Source: an uncultured Verrucomicrobiae bacterium | GTDB lineage: Bacteria > Verrucomicrobiota > Verrucomicrobiia > Chthoniobacterales > UBA10450 | DNA: 64,000 bases | Direction: 5' to 3' | Assembly: GCA_963815455.1 (NCBI GenBank) | Contig: CAWFGO010000003.1 | Location: 320,001 to 384,000 of the forward strand | Part shown: one piece after another, positions 30,776-41,689 of the stretch | How the letters are laid out: every line of letters begins with the position of its first letter | Position numbering within the stretch: the stretch's first letter is position 1 | Notes under the pieces: model-generated | Told to the model about the DNA's origin: nothing | The model's input: the letters and a program-made list of their open reading frames with translations, nothing else | Database searches by the model: none | Program-made: the position numbers and the translations under genes

Positions 30776-32044
30776 CTAGAGGACAATGGTCTGGGCCCGG
30801 CCCGGGCCGACGCTGACGATCGACAATTTCGCCCCGGTGAGTCCGGCAATATATTTCACGTAATCTCTTGCGGCTGAAGGAAGTTGCGAAAATTTGCGCG
30901 CCGATTGCGTAGATTGATTCCAGCCCCGCATCTCGTTGTAAATCGGCTCGCAATTCTCCAGCTGAGTTGCATCGGAGGGCGGGACAGCCAGGCGTTTCCC
31001 GTTCAGCCTATACGCTACGCAGACGCGAATCGGATCGAGATCGTCCAGTCCATCCAGGTTCGTGATGGCCAACTCGTCGATCCCATTAATCATCGCCGAA
31101 TAATGCGTCGCCACGGCGTCGAACCAGCCGCAGCGCCGGGCCCGGCCGGTTGTCGCGCCAAACTCGCGGCCCAGGCCGTGCAGCATTTCGGAGACTTGTC
31201 GATCCTCGGTTGGCAGCGGTCCCTCGCCTACCCGGGTGGTATAAGCTTTCATCACGCCCATCACGCGGTCCATTCGATGCGGCGGCACGCCTGTGCCGGT
31301 GCAGGCGCCGCCCGCCGTGGTGTTGGATGAAGTGACATAGGGATAGGTGCCGTGATCGATATCGAGAAACGTGCCCTGGGCGCCTTCGAAGAGAATGCCT
31401 TTCTTGCGCTCGATGGCGCGATGAAGATAAACCACCGTGTTCGCCACGAACGGGCGCAATTTTTTCCCGGCGGCGAGATAGCTCTCGTTCACATCGCGAA
31501 AATTGATCGGTCGCGCCCCGAGCGCCTGCAGGATGCTGTTGTTCTCGGTAATCTTGGCCTGCAATTTTTTCGAGAACAGAATCGGCTGCATCAGGTCGGA
31601 GACGCGCAAGCCGGTGCGCGCGGCCTTATCGCCGTAGGCCGGACCGATCCCGCGTTTGGTCGTGCCGATTTTGGCGCGGCCTTTCCGCAGCTCGCGCTGT
31701 TCGTCCAGCAGCCGGTGGTAAGGCAGAACCAGATGCGCGCAGTCGCTGAGCAAAAGGTTCTTGTCGATCTTGATCCCGAGCTTGCGCAACCCTTCGATCT
31801 CCGCCACGAGCGCGATCGGATCGACCACCACGCCGTTGCCGATCACGCAAATCTTTCCGCGCCGAAGAATGCCAGACGGAATGAGATGCAGAACATATTT
31901 GTTGCCACGGTGAATGACGGTGTGGCCGGCATTGTTTCCGCCCTGGCTGCGCACCACCACGTCGGCCCCGGCGGTGAGGACATCGATAATCTTCCCTTTT
32001 CCTTCATCGCCCCATTGCGCGCCGACCAGGATTGTGTTCGCCAT
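30776..32044 (-). CDS. purA: Adenylosuccinate synthetase
   Basis: GAQWGDEGKGK, GGNNAGHT, FEGAQG, GTYPYVTSS, GATTGRARRCGW. Confidence 0.98.
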   Translation of the reverse strand: MANTILVGAQWGDEGKGKIIDVLTAGADVVVRSQGGNNAGHTVIHRGNKYVLHLIPSGILRRGKICVIGNGVVVDPIALVAEIEGLRKLGIKIDKNLLLSDCAHLVLPYHRLLDEQRELRKGRAKIGTTKRGIGPAYGDKAARTGLRVSDLMQPILFSKKLQAKITENNSILQALGARPINFRDVNESYLAAGKKLRPFVANTVVYLHRAIERKKGILFEGAQGTFLDIDHGTYPYVTSSNTTAGGACTGTGVPPHRMDRVMGVMKAYTTRVGEGPLPTEDRQVSEMLHGLGREFGATTGRARRCGWFDAVATHYSAMINGIDELAITNLDGLDDLDPIRVCVAYRLNGKRLAVPPSDATQLENCEPIYNEMRGWNQSTQSARKFSQLPSAARDYVKYIAGLTGAKLSIVSVGPGRAQTIVL

Positions 32045-32217
32045 AATTGAACTGGGCAAAAAATTTTCCCGATGCATCAGGGAGACGCATTCGGGAGTGC
32101 TCGAAACGATAGGACACCCGCCCGCGGCTGCAAGGATGTTTTGCAGCAAAAGACTTGGCGGAAAAAAATACGCGCGAAGACGCATCCAATCCAACAATCA
32201 GGCGCGTTAAGTAAGTC

Positions 32218-32370
32218 ATGCGCACAATTCTGCTTATTATCCTCATTCTTCTGTTGATCGGAGCATTCCCGGCTTGGCCGTACAGCGCCAGCTGGGGCTA
32301 TTATCCGAGCGGTGGAATAGGTCTCGTGTTGCTGATCGTCCTGATTCTCGCCTTGCTTGGCCGAGTCTAG
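32218..32370 (+). CDS. DUF3309 family small membrane protein (50 aa, absent from the ORF track)
   Basis: Manual translation MRTILLIILILLLIGAFPAWPYSASWGYYPSGGIGLVLLIVLILALLGRV*. Confidence 0.9.
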   Translation: MRTILLIILILLLIGAFPAWPYSASWGYYPSGGIGLVLLIVLILALLGRV

Positions 32371-32384
32371 GCCGAGCGGGAAAT

Positions 32385-33590
32385 CTAGTTCGCGCGAGCG
32401 CCGACGTTCTGCGCGGCGAGTGCCTTCTTCAAATTCCGCGCCGACTGGCTCGAACCGCCGCCGGTCCGAGCGCGGGAATAATTGCGCAATTTATCCCAGC
32501 GGATCTTTTCGTCGTAGGTGAATGTGTTCATCGCGATCCGATAATTCCCTCTGCTATTTTCGAGACGCCGGTGCGACGTGATGAATTGGGTGGGATCGCA
32601 ATAATTGCTGAAGTCTTTGGCAAACTTATCGCGGCTCATCCCGATGGCGATGTTCTTGCGGATTTCAAAATGCAGGTGCGCATCGTAAAGACCATGGGCA
32701 TTGCCGATGGTCGCGATCTGCTGCCCGCGCGACACCGTGTCGCCACGGCGAACAAGAAGCTTCTGACAATGCGCGTAGAGCGAATCGATGTTCCGGATGG
32801 TCCCGCCTTCACGATAGGCGTGACGAACAATGGCGACGTTCCCCCAACCCTGATGACAATCCCGGGCAAAAACCACCACGCCGTCGCCGGCACAATACAC
32901 CGGATCACCGAGATCCGTGTCCCCGCCGCCTACGCCATCCCAGTCTTCGCCAACATGACTGCGTCCCTGAAATCCGCGCGCCTTGTAATAGCCTTGCGCG
33001 TCCGGCTTACCGATTGGGAAATCAAAGCCGTTCGCCAATTTGGTAAAGGCGGTCGTGCCCCGGATATTAAGCGGTTGGGCCAGGACGCTGTCCGGCTCAC
33101 GACTCTTTTTGCTCGGGGCCGATGAGGCAACGGTTGCGATCGCTGGTTTGCCCGGAGCCACATTCGGCTGGGGCTTGGCTGCGGCCGGTTTCGCGGCAGC
33201 TACCGAAGCGCTAACTGGACTTGTCTGGAAGTTCACCTTGCCCAGCTGTGGCGGCGGTGGCAGTCCCGGCGCGACTGGCGCAGCGGGCGTGGTGCGAACT
33301 TCGACACTGGGCGATTGAGTGGCGACTTTGGGCGCCGGTGGTTTGATCTGCACGATCGGTTCCGATCGACTGGCCGTGGTTTTCGATTCCACTGCCGGCT
33401 GACTTACTGGTCGCACCGGGATTGCTTTCTCGACATGAAATTCTGCCGCGACCTGCTTCGGCGCGACCGCTTCGGCCTTGGGAATTGCCGGCGCCTTTTC
33501 GCGAACAATGATCACTTCCTGCGCCGATAATTGCGCGGCAAGAGCAAAGCCACAGAACACCCCGATAAAAACCTTCGTGGACATGAGCAT
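32385..33590 (-). CDS. M23 family metallopeptidase with Pro/Ala-rich N-terminal linker
   Basis: Signal peptide; HVGEDWD (HxxxD), SLYAHC, AHLHFEIR. Confidence 0.9.
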   Translation of the reverse strand: MLMSTKVFIGVFCGFALAAQLSAQEVIIVREKAPAIPKAEAVAPKQVAAEFHVEKAIPVRPVSQPAVESKTTASRSEPIVQIKPPAPKVATQSPSVEVRTTPAAPVAPGLPPPPQLGKVNFQTSPVSASVAAAKPAAAKPQPNVAPGKPAIATVASSAPSKKSREPDSVLAQPLNIRGTTAFTKLANGFDFPIGKPDAQGYYKARGFQGRSHVGEDWDGVGGGDTDLGDPVYCAGDGVVVFARDCHQGWGNVAIVRHAYREGGTIRNIDSLYAHCQKLLVRRGDTVSRGQQIATIGNAHGLYDAHLHFEIRKNIAIGMSRDKFAKDFSNYCDPTQFITSHRRLENSRGNYRIAMNTFTYDEKIRWDKLRNYSRARTGGGSSQSARNLKKALAAQNVGARAN

Positions 33591-33671
33591 GTCCGTTCTA
33601 GAAAAACGCCGGCCTTATGGCAAGCGGTTAATTACAGAAATTTGAAGTTTTTTTAGCTCCCCCCTTTTCAT

Positions 33672-33712
33672 GCGACATCGCCCTACCTGACCGGCCTCAG
33701 GCCAGTGGCTAC
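33672..33712. repeat. REP-like remnants downstream of uppP
   Basis: GCGACATCGCCCTACC and CCGGCCTCAGGCCAGTGGCTACA. Confidence 0.55.
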
Positions 33713-33714
33713 AG

Positions 33715-34584
33715 CTAAATCACCCCGCGCCAGAGCAGCGCCAGGAGGACCACACCCACCAGGATTCGGTAAATTGCGAAGGGAGCGAAACCTCGCTGGC
33801 GCACCCAATTCATGAACCAGGCGACGACGCCGAGCGCAACAACAAACGAAATCACGAATCCGATGGCCAGGACCACCCATTGATGACCGGTCATTGCCAG
33901 CGGCGCGAGATCTTCCCCAAGATCGGCGCCATGATGCGGCTTGACCGTTTTCAGAAAATCGTAGCCAGTCGCCACGACCATGGTCGGCATCGACAGGAAA
34001 AAGGAAAACTCCAGCGCAGCCGGGCGCGACATCCCGGCGATTTGCCCCGCGGCAATGGTGGACATCGAACGCGACGTGCCTGGGAAAACCGCGGAAAGAA
34101 TCTGGGCCGCACCGATCCAGACGGCTTGGGGCAAACTCATCTCCTCCATGTGCGTCACCCGCGGCCGGGTAAAAATTGCATCGACAATCCACATCACGAT
34201 TCCGCCGATCAACAGGGCCAGCGCCATGACCCAGAGACTTTCCAGGTTTTTTCCGATCGTTTTTGACAAAACCCACGCCGGAACCGCGGTAACTACAAAA
34301 GCGATCAATGTCAGGCTCAGCGGATGAGTGAGGACAGTACGGTCGCCCCGCTCGCCCCGTGGAAATGTCCCGAGGAATTTCAGGATGCGATTCCAAAAAT
34401 AAACCGGCAACGCCAGGATCGCGCCGAGCTGGATCACGATCGTGTACATCTTCCAAAACCCGTCGTGAAGATCGATATGGAAAAGCGATTCGAAGATGCG
34501 CAGATGCGCCGTTGAGCTGACCGGCAGGAATTCGGTGAGTCCCTCGATGATTCCGAGCAAGATCGACAATAAATAATCGTTCAT
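33715..34584 (-). CDS. uppP: Undecaprenyl-diphosphate phosphatase
   Basis: GIIEGLTEFLPVSSTAH, IQLGAILA, PGTSRS, ALEFSFFL. Confidence 0.96.
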   Translation of the reverse strand: MNDYLLSILLGIIEGLTEFLPVSSTAHLRIFESLFHIDLHDGFWKMYTIVIQLGAILALPVYFWNRILKFLGTFPRGERGDRTVLTHPLSLTLIAFVVTAVPAWVLSKTIGKNLESLWVMALALLIGGIVMWIVDAIFTRPRVTHMEEMSLPQAVWIGAAQILSAVFPGTSRSMSTIAAGQIAGMSRPAALEFSFFLSMPTMVVATGYDFLKTVKPHHGADLGEDLAPLAMTGHQWVVLAIGFVISFVVALGVVAWFMNWVRQRGFAPFAIYRILVGVVLLALLWRGVI

Positions 34585-34600
34585 GCGTTACAGGCTGCTA

Positions 34601-34632
34601 ACTTGTCACTTGTCACTTGTCACTCATCACTT
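34601..34632. repeat. 7-nt tandem repeat
   Basis: ACTTGTC x3 + ACTCATC + ACTT between P-II and uppP. Confidence 0.85.
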
Positions 34633-34633
34633 C

Positions 34634-35053
<420 letters not shown>

Positions 35054-35066
35054 CTATCGTCACTGG

Positions 35067-35252
35067 ATGCGGCGCGTGGACGCTGAGGCAATTTTTAAAG
35101 CATTGAATGACGCAAATGCCCGCTATCTGGTCGTGGGCGGACTGGCGGTGATTGCGCACGGCCATGTCCGGGCGACGGTCGATGTCGATATTGTGCTGCA
35201 CCTCGAACAAGGCAATGTGCTGCGTGCGATGGAAGCGCGCTTAAAGCGTTGA
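35067..35252 (+). pseudogene. Truncated nucleotidyltransferase-like gene
   Basis: YLVVGGLAVIAHGHVRATVDVDIV (GG...RxTxDxD motif) but only 61 aa, ending in a GTTGAA repeat. Confidence 0.7.
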
Positions 35253-35332
35253 AGGGTTGAAGCGTGAAAAGGGGCCGCGATGTTTGGGCGCGGGCACTTA
35301 GTCTGCTATTTTGCCCGCCGTAAATCACCCGG

Positions 35333-35364
35333 CTCAACTTCTCAACTTCTCAACTCCTCAACTT
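35333..35364. repeat. 8-nt tandem repeat (CTCAACTY x4) in the glf leader
   Basis: CTCAACTT CTCAACTT CTCAACTC CTCAACTT. Confidence 0.9.
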
Positions 35365-35369
35365 CTTCC

Positions 35370-36488
35370 GTGTCTTCTTCTTTTGATTTCCTGATCGTCG
35401 GCGCGGGCTTCGCCGGCGCGGTTTTGGCGGAGCGGATCGCCAGCCAGCTCGATAAGACCGTTCTCGTTGTTGAACGCCGCAATCATATCGCCGGCAACGC
35501 TTACGATCACTACGATGACGCCGGCGTTCTCGTGCACGATTACGGTCCGCATTATTTCCGGACCAACTCGCCGCGCATTGTCGATTACCTGAGCCAATTC
35601 ACCGACTGGCAACCGGTCGATTACAAAGTGCTTTCCTGGACGCACGGCCGCTTCTGGCAATTCCCGATCAATCTGAACACATTCGAGCAGTTCGTTGGCC
35701 GGCCATCGACCACCGAAGAAATGGAAGCGCAGCTCGCGAAATGGCGGGTCAAGATCGACAATCCGAAAAACTCCGAGGAAATGATCGTCTCCCAGGTCGG
35801 CTGGGAGTTGTACGAAATGTTTTTCAAAAACTACACGCGCAAACAATGGCAGCGCGACGCCAAAGACCTCGATGCCAGCGTTTGCGGACGCATCCCGATC
35901 CGGACCAATCGCGACGATCGTTATTTATCGGAAAATTTTCAGGCCCTGCCCCGCGAGGGTTACACCAGGATGTTCGAGCGGATGCTGGCCAATCCGAAGA
36001 TCGACATCCGCCTCAACACCGATTTTCGAGAAATACGCGAACAAGTGAAATTCAGGCATCTCATCTTCACCGGCCCGATCGACGAGTATTACGATCATTG
36101 CTTTGGCCATTTGCCGTATCGCTCGATCCGATTCGAACCGGAAACCCTTTCCAAAGAATTTTTTCAACCGGCAATGCAGGTGAACTACCCGAACGATCAC
36201 GAATTCACCCGCATTGTCGAAATCAAACACGCCACCGGCCAAAAAATAGGATCGACAACGATCGTGCGCGAATATCCCCAGGAGTTCGGTCCCGGCCGCG
36301 AACCGTATTATCCGATTCCCGCCCCCGATGCGAAAGCGCTGTATGCGAAATACGCCGAGCGCGCCGCGGCGGAAAAGAATGTCAGTTTCGTAGGCCGCCT
36401 CGCCACCTATCGTTATTACAACATGGACCAGGTAGTCGGAATGGCGCTGGCGGAATTTGAGAAGCTGAAGGGGAAGTTGAGTTGTTGA
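35370..36488 (+). CDS. glf: UDP-galactopyranose mutase
   Basis: IVGAGFAG, HIAGNAYD, YGPHYF, YTRKQW, EPYYP, GRLATYRYYNMDQ. Confidence 0.96.
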   Translation: MSSSFDFLIVGAGFAGAVLAERIASQLDKTVLVVERRNHIAGNAYDHYDDAGVLVHDYGPHYFRTNSPRIVDYLSQFTDWQPVDYKVLSWTHGRFWQFPINLNTFEQFVGRPSTTEEMEAQLAKWRVKIDNPKNSEEMIVSQVGWELYEMFFKNYTRKQWQRDAKDLDASVCGRIPIRTNRDDRYLSENFQALPREGYTRMFERMLANPKIDIRLNTDFREIREQVKFRHLIFTGPIDEYYDHCFGHLPYRSIRFEPETLSKEFFQPAMQVNYPNDHEFTRIVEIKHATGQKIGSTTIVREYPQEFGPGREPYYPIPAPDAKALYAKYAERAAAEKNVSFVGRLATYRYYNMDQVVGMALAEFEKLKGKLSC

Positions 36489-36563
36489 GAGGTTGAGTGG
36501 TTGAGAACGTTGGGGAAGACGCATAAGAGAGTTGAGCCGTTGAGAGAGTTGAGGAGTTGAGGG
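36476..36563. repeat. Two blocks of GTTGAGNN tandem repeats
   Basis: GTTGAG at 36476, 36484, 36492, 36500 (GTTGGG at 36509) and at 36531, 36539, 36548, 36556. Confidence 0.9.
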
Positions 36564-36573
36564 AGACTTGGGA

Positions 36574-36960
36574 ATGAAGACAAAGAACGATTATTCGTTT
36601 GAAAAGTTGCGTGTTTGGCAAGCTGCGAGCGAGTTGGCGAAAGCCGTTTATTTGACGACATCACGGTTTCCGCAGCGCGAGACGTATGGACTGACCAGCC
36701 AGTGCAATCGACAAGCTATTTCCGTATCGGCCAATCTTGCCGAGGGCAGTTCGCGCCAAAGCCGAAAAGAACAGGCACACGTTATGCGGAAATCGCTGCA
36801 CGGATAGTCTGATGGAACTGGCCTGTTTGACTGATCCAGAGCAAAGACGTCGGCATTTTATCTGCTGATGTTGAATCTTCTCTGCGCGCCTCAATCGAAC
36901 AGGTGTCGATCCAACTAAATGCTCTCCATCGCAGTCAGCGCGCCCGGAATATGCTGATCG
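36574..36960 (+). CDS. Four helix bundle protein (23S rRNA IVS-protein/TIGR02436-like), frameshifted; 3' end approximate
   Basis: YSFEKLRVWQ, FPQRETYGLTSQ, ISVSANLAEGSSR, then GSLMEL...IEQVSIQLNALHRS in shifted frames. Confidence 0.88.
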
Positions 36961-38791
36961 CCTACTCATTCTCAACCACTCAACCCCTCGACCTTTCAAC
37001 CTGCCGTCGTCGCTTCCTTTTATCCTGTCTCCTGACGTTGGCATTAGCTCCCAGCCCGCACACGGCGAGAACTCATCGTCGATCAACGCGCACCGGCAGC
37101 ATCCGAACACAACCCGGGCACGCCGAAAAAACCGTTCAAGACAATTTCGGCCGCAGTATCGAAAGTTCGCGCCGGCGATCATGTGATCATCCACGGCGGC
37201 GACTACCGGGAGGCAGTCGTGATTGGCGCAGCAATATCGGGAACAAAGAAGGCACCCATCGTCATCGAAGCCGCTCGTGAAGAGACCGTAGTTATCAAAG
37301 GTTCGGACGTGATCAGCGGCTGGAAACTGGATCGCGATGCAATCTGGAAAGCAAAGATATCCAAATCCGCCTTGCGCTCAAAGACATCGATGATCTGTCG
37401 CGCGAGATCATAAATGAACCCGAGCAGGTGTTCATCCGGGACGGTGTGTTGCTCGATGCCATTCGTCTGCGTCGCGTGACCGCAAGAAATAAACTTCAGC
37501 CCGGCGAGCTTTTTTCTATGACGCCAAAACGTCCATGATTTACCTCTGGTTGCCCGATTCGGCGATCCGAACAAGTGCAAGGTGGAAGTTGCGGTGCGAC
37601 CGGTCTTGCTCAACATCAGGGCAAGCTTTGTCGATTGTTCGCGGTATCCAGATGCGTCACGCGAGTACGCTCGCAGTCGGTCCTGGCCCCGGTTGCGGCC
37701 TCCAAGGCACGGACTCCCGATTCGAAGACTGCGCAATCACCTGGACAGACTGGATCGGAGTCATTCTCAGCGGAAGTACAAACAGTCTTGTCCGGTGCTT
37801 GATCGCCTGCAGCGGCAACTCGGGGATCGACGGTGCCGGGGAAAATCATCTGATCGAAGGATGTCGCGTCCTGTACAACAACATGGATCGGTACAGTCCG
37901 GGCTGGCATTGCGGCGGGGCAAAGTTGATTCCACACTTCAACAAGGGGCGAATCATTGGAAACGAGTTCGCCTACAACATCGGACCCGGCCTTTGGTTGG
38001 ACGAAAGCTGCAACGATAATCGAATCGAAAGAAACTACTGCCATGATAATGAGGGGCCCGGAATCATGGTCGAAGTCTCCGCCGGGAATCTCATTGCAAA
38101 CAACATTTGCGTCGCGAATCGGAATTCGCCGGCCGCGAAGTTCCTGAATCCGGATCCAGAAGCCGAGAAACACGGCCGGCACAATGTTTTTGTTGCCGAA
38201 CTCATCAATGAGAGGACACAGTCCAGCCTTATCTACCAAGGCGGCGGGGGGCTCGGGATTTTCATTTCCTCTTCGCCCGGCTCGCGAGTTTACAATAACA
38301 CCTGTTATCTGAATGAAGGAGGCGGGATCACAGTGGAAGGGCCGACGCGACAGGGTGCAACTGTGCCGATGTCGACTCATGATTGCCGCGTGGCGAACAA
38401 CATCAGCGTTTACAATAAGGGGCCGCAATTGATTCTGCGAAAAAATGGGATCGATGCCGACACGTCTGGAAATTCGTCTGATTACAATCTGCTGCTCGCG
38501 GTCGGTTCGATTCTGGCTAAGAATGGTTGGGCTGGAGAAACCACTTTTTCCATGGCCCATTGGCAACGCCTGACCAATCAGGACGGTCATTCACGCGAAG
38601 GTGATCCGCACTTCGCCATGCCGATCATGGGCGACTTTCGCCTTCTCGAAGGCAGCCCGGCCGTCGGCGCAGGACAACCGGTGCCCGAAATCAAAGCCGA
38701 TATTTTCAATCAGTTACGTTCCGGGAAGAATCCGAGCATCGGTGCCGCTGAAAAGGCCGGATTGGACTATCCTCGACTTCCGTTCCAGTAA
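36951..38791 (+). CDS. Secreted right-handed parallel beta-helix protein (multiple frameshifts; start approximate)
   Basis: GTPKKPFKTISAA, IHGGDYRE, repeated N-x-G-P-G-x-W/M...N motifs, GDFRLLEGSPAVGAG, PSIGAAE. Confidence 0.75.
36971..37002. repeat. CTCAACNN tandem repeat, inverted partner of 36531-36563
   Basis: CTCAACCA CTCAACCC CTCGACCT TTCAACCT. Confidence 0.85.
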
Positions 38792-38881
38792 TATCCGATT
38801 CCGTAGAAGCGGGACATGATTCAAGGATTTGCAATTTTTTTGCTTACACGACGCTTCTGCCGTCCCGACGAGTAATCTATA

Positions 38882-40428
38882 ATGGCACGACTGCGTCGAT
38901 TAGTTCATTCGCTTGCATCCGGCTACGCTGTTTTGTTGGCAAACGTCGTCTTCTCGCTGGCCCAGGTCCCGCTGGCATTGAGCTATCTGACCAAGGCGGA
39001 GTTTGGCCTGTGGGCGCTGGCTTTTCAGTTAGGCACATATTTGCAGCTGGTTGACTTTGGGATGTCCATCTCTGTCTCGCGGCTGCTCATAGACTACAAG
39101 CATGAGCCGAATGCCGGCGCTTATGGCAGCATCATAAAAACCGGGTCCCTGGTGCTTATCGTTCAAGGCCTTATCGTATTATTTGGCGGCGTCGCGTTTG
39201 CCTTCGGTTTTTCGCATTGGCTGCACCTGCCTTCGCAACTGCTGCCGACATTTCGACTCCTGATGAGCGGTTTGTGCGCAATGCTCGCCATCACTTTGTT
39301 TACAAAAATCTTCGCGCATATGCTCACGGCTCACCAGCGCTTCGATGTCATTAATTACTCCCAGATGGGATTGTTCGCGATCAACTTTTTCGTTCAATGG
39401 CTATGCTTCTATCTTGGCTTCGGCGTCTTCAGCATACTTTGGGGAAATGCAGCGGGTTGGGTGCTGACTTCGGTAGTGACCGGGGCGGCGTGCACGCAGC
39501 TGAAACTGTTTCCGGCCGCGAAACACTGGGGCAAAGCCACCTGGGATCGATTTCGGGAAATTTTCACATTCGGTAAAGACGTTTTTTGGGTTGCTCTCGG
39601 CTCTCAATTGATTATCGCGAGCCAAACCATCATCGTGACCCGGAGTCTGGGGCTGGATGCTGCGGCAACTTGGAGCGTTTGCACGCGAACCTACACGCTG
39701 GTGGCCATGCTGACCTGGCGAATTTTTGACTACTCTTCCCCGGCGCTGTCCGAAATGATCGTCTTCAAGGAACAAGCGCGCCTTTACAGCCGCCTTAAGT
39801 CGCTGGTCATCGTAAGCGCGTCGCTTGCCGTGCTGGGCGGCGTGATGTTCGCCGTTTACAATCAACCGTTCATAGCGATTTGGACAAAAGGCAAGATTGG
39901 CTGGGCGGCACAAACGACACGCTTCTTGGGTTTTGGCTCGTCCTTTCAACGATCGTGCATTGCCTTTGCGTATTTGTGCTCTCGACCAAACTAGTCGGCT
40001 TTATGCGATACATCTATTTTATCGAAGGCATCGTCTTTGTGATTGTCGGCAGTCTGGTTGCCCGAGTCGGCGGCATGACCGCGATCATAGCGACTTCGAT
40101 TGTTTGCACTTCCTTGTTCACCCTGCCGTATGGCATTTGGCGAACGCGGTCCTATTTTTCAGTATCGACTCGCGAAATGCCATTCGCCTGGGTGATTCCG
40201 CCACTGCGATTATTGCTGGTCCTGGCGCCGATTGGAGCAGCAGTTTGGTATTCGTGCGCGCAGCTAGATCTCAAAACACAGTTAATTGCTGGAATCCCGA
40301 TCCTCGGCTCCGTAGGCACCGTGCTGCTCCTGCGTCTCGGAATACATCGCGAATTGAAAGACGAGATTCGCGATCGGGCACCGGCTTCCTGGAGGCCGGC
40401 CCTGGGTGCGATCATGTCGGTGCGTTAG
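38882..40428 (+). CDS. Oligosaccharide flippase (Wzx-like), frameshift near 39905
   Basis: Many TM helices; YLTKAEFGLW, LVDFGMS; glycan locus context. Confidence 0.8.
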
Positions 40429-40473
40429 CACATTCAGTTCGCCACGATCGCCAGAGAGAGCGCGAGAATTTCA

Positions 40474-41688
40474 ATGAATTCAGAACTCGAGCAGCATATC
40501 GCGATGCCCCGGACAAATTCGGCGCCCCGGATCGTCTGCTTGAGCAATGTCTACGACCAGCAATATCTCGATTTTCGCGGGGAAGCGGTTCCTCCTTCGC
40601 TTTCTCATCCGAAGCGCCGCAACCTGTTCGAATGCCTTGAAGCTGCGACCGGACTCGAAGTGTTCGTGCTGTCGTCTCCACCAAAGGCTCTTGATCGAAG
40701 AAAGGGCCAATGGCTCCACGCCGTTGAAACCCAATTCTCACATCATCGACAGTTTTTCTGCGCAAACTGGGATGTTCCCAAGCTTCGAATCCCTTTTTCA
40801 TGGATTTCTTATGCGTTTCATGTCCGACGGCACGTGCGCGACGGCGACATCGTTCTGCTCGACAATTACGAATGGCTTTACGTTGTCGCCTCCTGGGTGG
40901 CGCGTATTGGACGCGGACTTCGGTTTGATCCTCGATTATGAGGACGGCAAGCATCTGATCGACAGCGGGGCTTTCTCTGTTGCTTGCGCGCCTTCGCGGA
41001 AGCGCATGGGCCGGCCCCTGCTTGCCGCAGCGCTCGTCGCCGCACCCGCATTGCAGAAGCGATTGCCCTCGTCTCTTCCGGTGGAATTTGTCCCCGGGTT
41101 TTATTGTCCTCCACTCGATAGGGATCGACCTCACTCCGAAGACCGGGCGTCTTGCGCTTCCTCTATTCGGGTTCTCTCGACAAAACGCGAGGAGTCGATC
41201 TCCTTCTCTCGGCTGTTGATCTTCTGCCGCCAGATGGCTGGCAGCCTGGATGTTACCGGCGCAGGCGACTTGCACGAGCAGGTGCGCGAACGCGCCGGCC
41301 GCTCGGGCAACCAGATTATCTTCATGCAACCCTCCCGCCGGATCGGTACGCGCGGCTTGTCGCCGAGTGCGACGTGGGCCTGAATTGCCAGCGCACAAGC
41401 GATCCGATTTCTAACGTCACGTTTCCGTCAAAGATTTTTACCTATCTCGCGGCAGGGCTGGTTGTGCTGAGCAGTCAGGCGAGCGATGTGCCCTCCGTAT
41501 GCGCTGATGCATGCATCTATTATGATGAAGAAACCCCTGCCAGCCTGGCTCAATCCATGCGACAGATGATGGAAAATTTTCCGGCCATTCGCAAAGAAAC
41601 GATGCAAAGATCGACACTCATGGAGAAATACAGTTTTGCAGGAACGGGCAAGAGGCTGCGGGAATCTATTCGAGAAGGCTGGGCTTAG
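40474..41688 (+). CDS. Glycosyltransferase (GT-B/GT4), frameshifted
   Basis: FLYSGSLDKTRGVD, FPSKIFTYLAAGLVVLSS. Confidence 0.75.
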
Positions 41689-41689
41689 A

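Noticed and set aside
36476..37002. Diversity-generating retroelement, rRNA intervening sequence or CRISPR array
   Set aside because: No reverse transcriptase, template/variable repeat pair or rRNA; the 8-nt units have no spacers.
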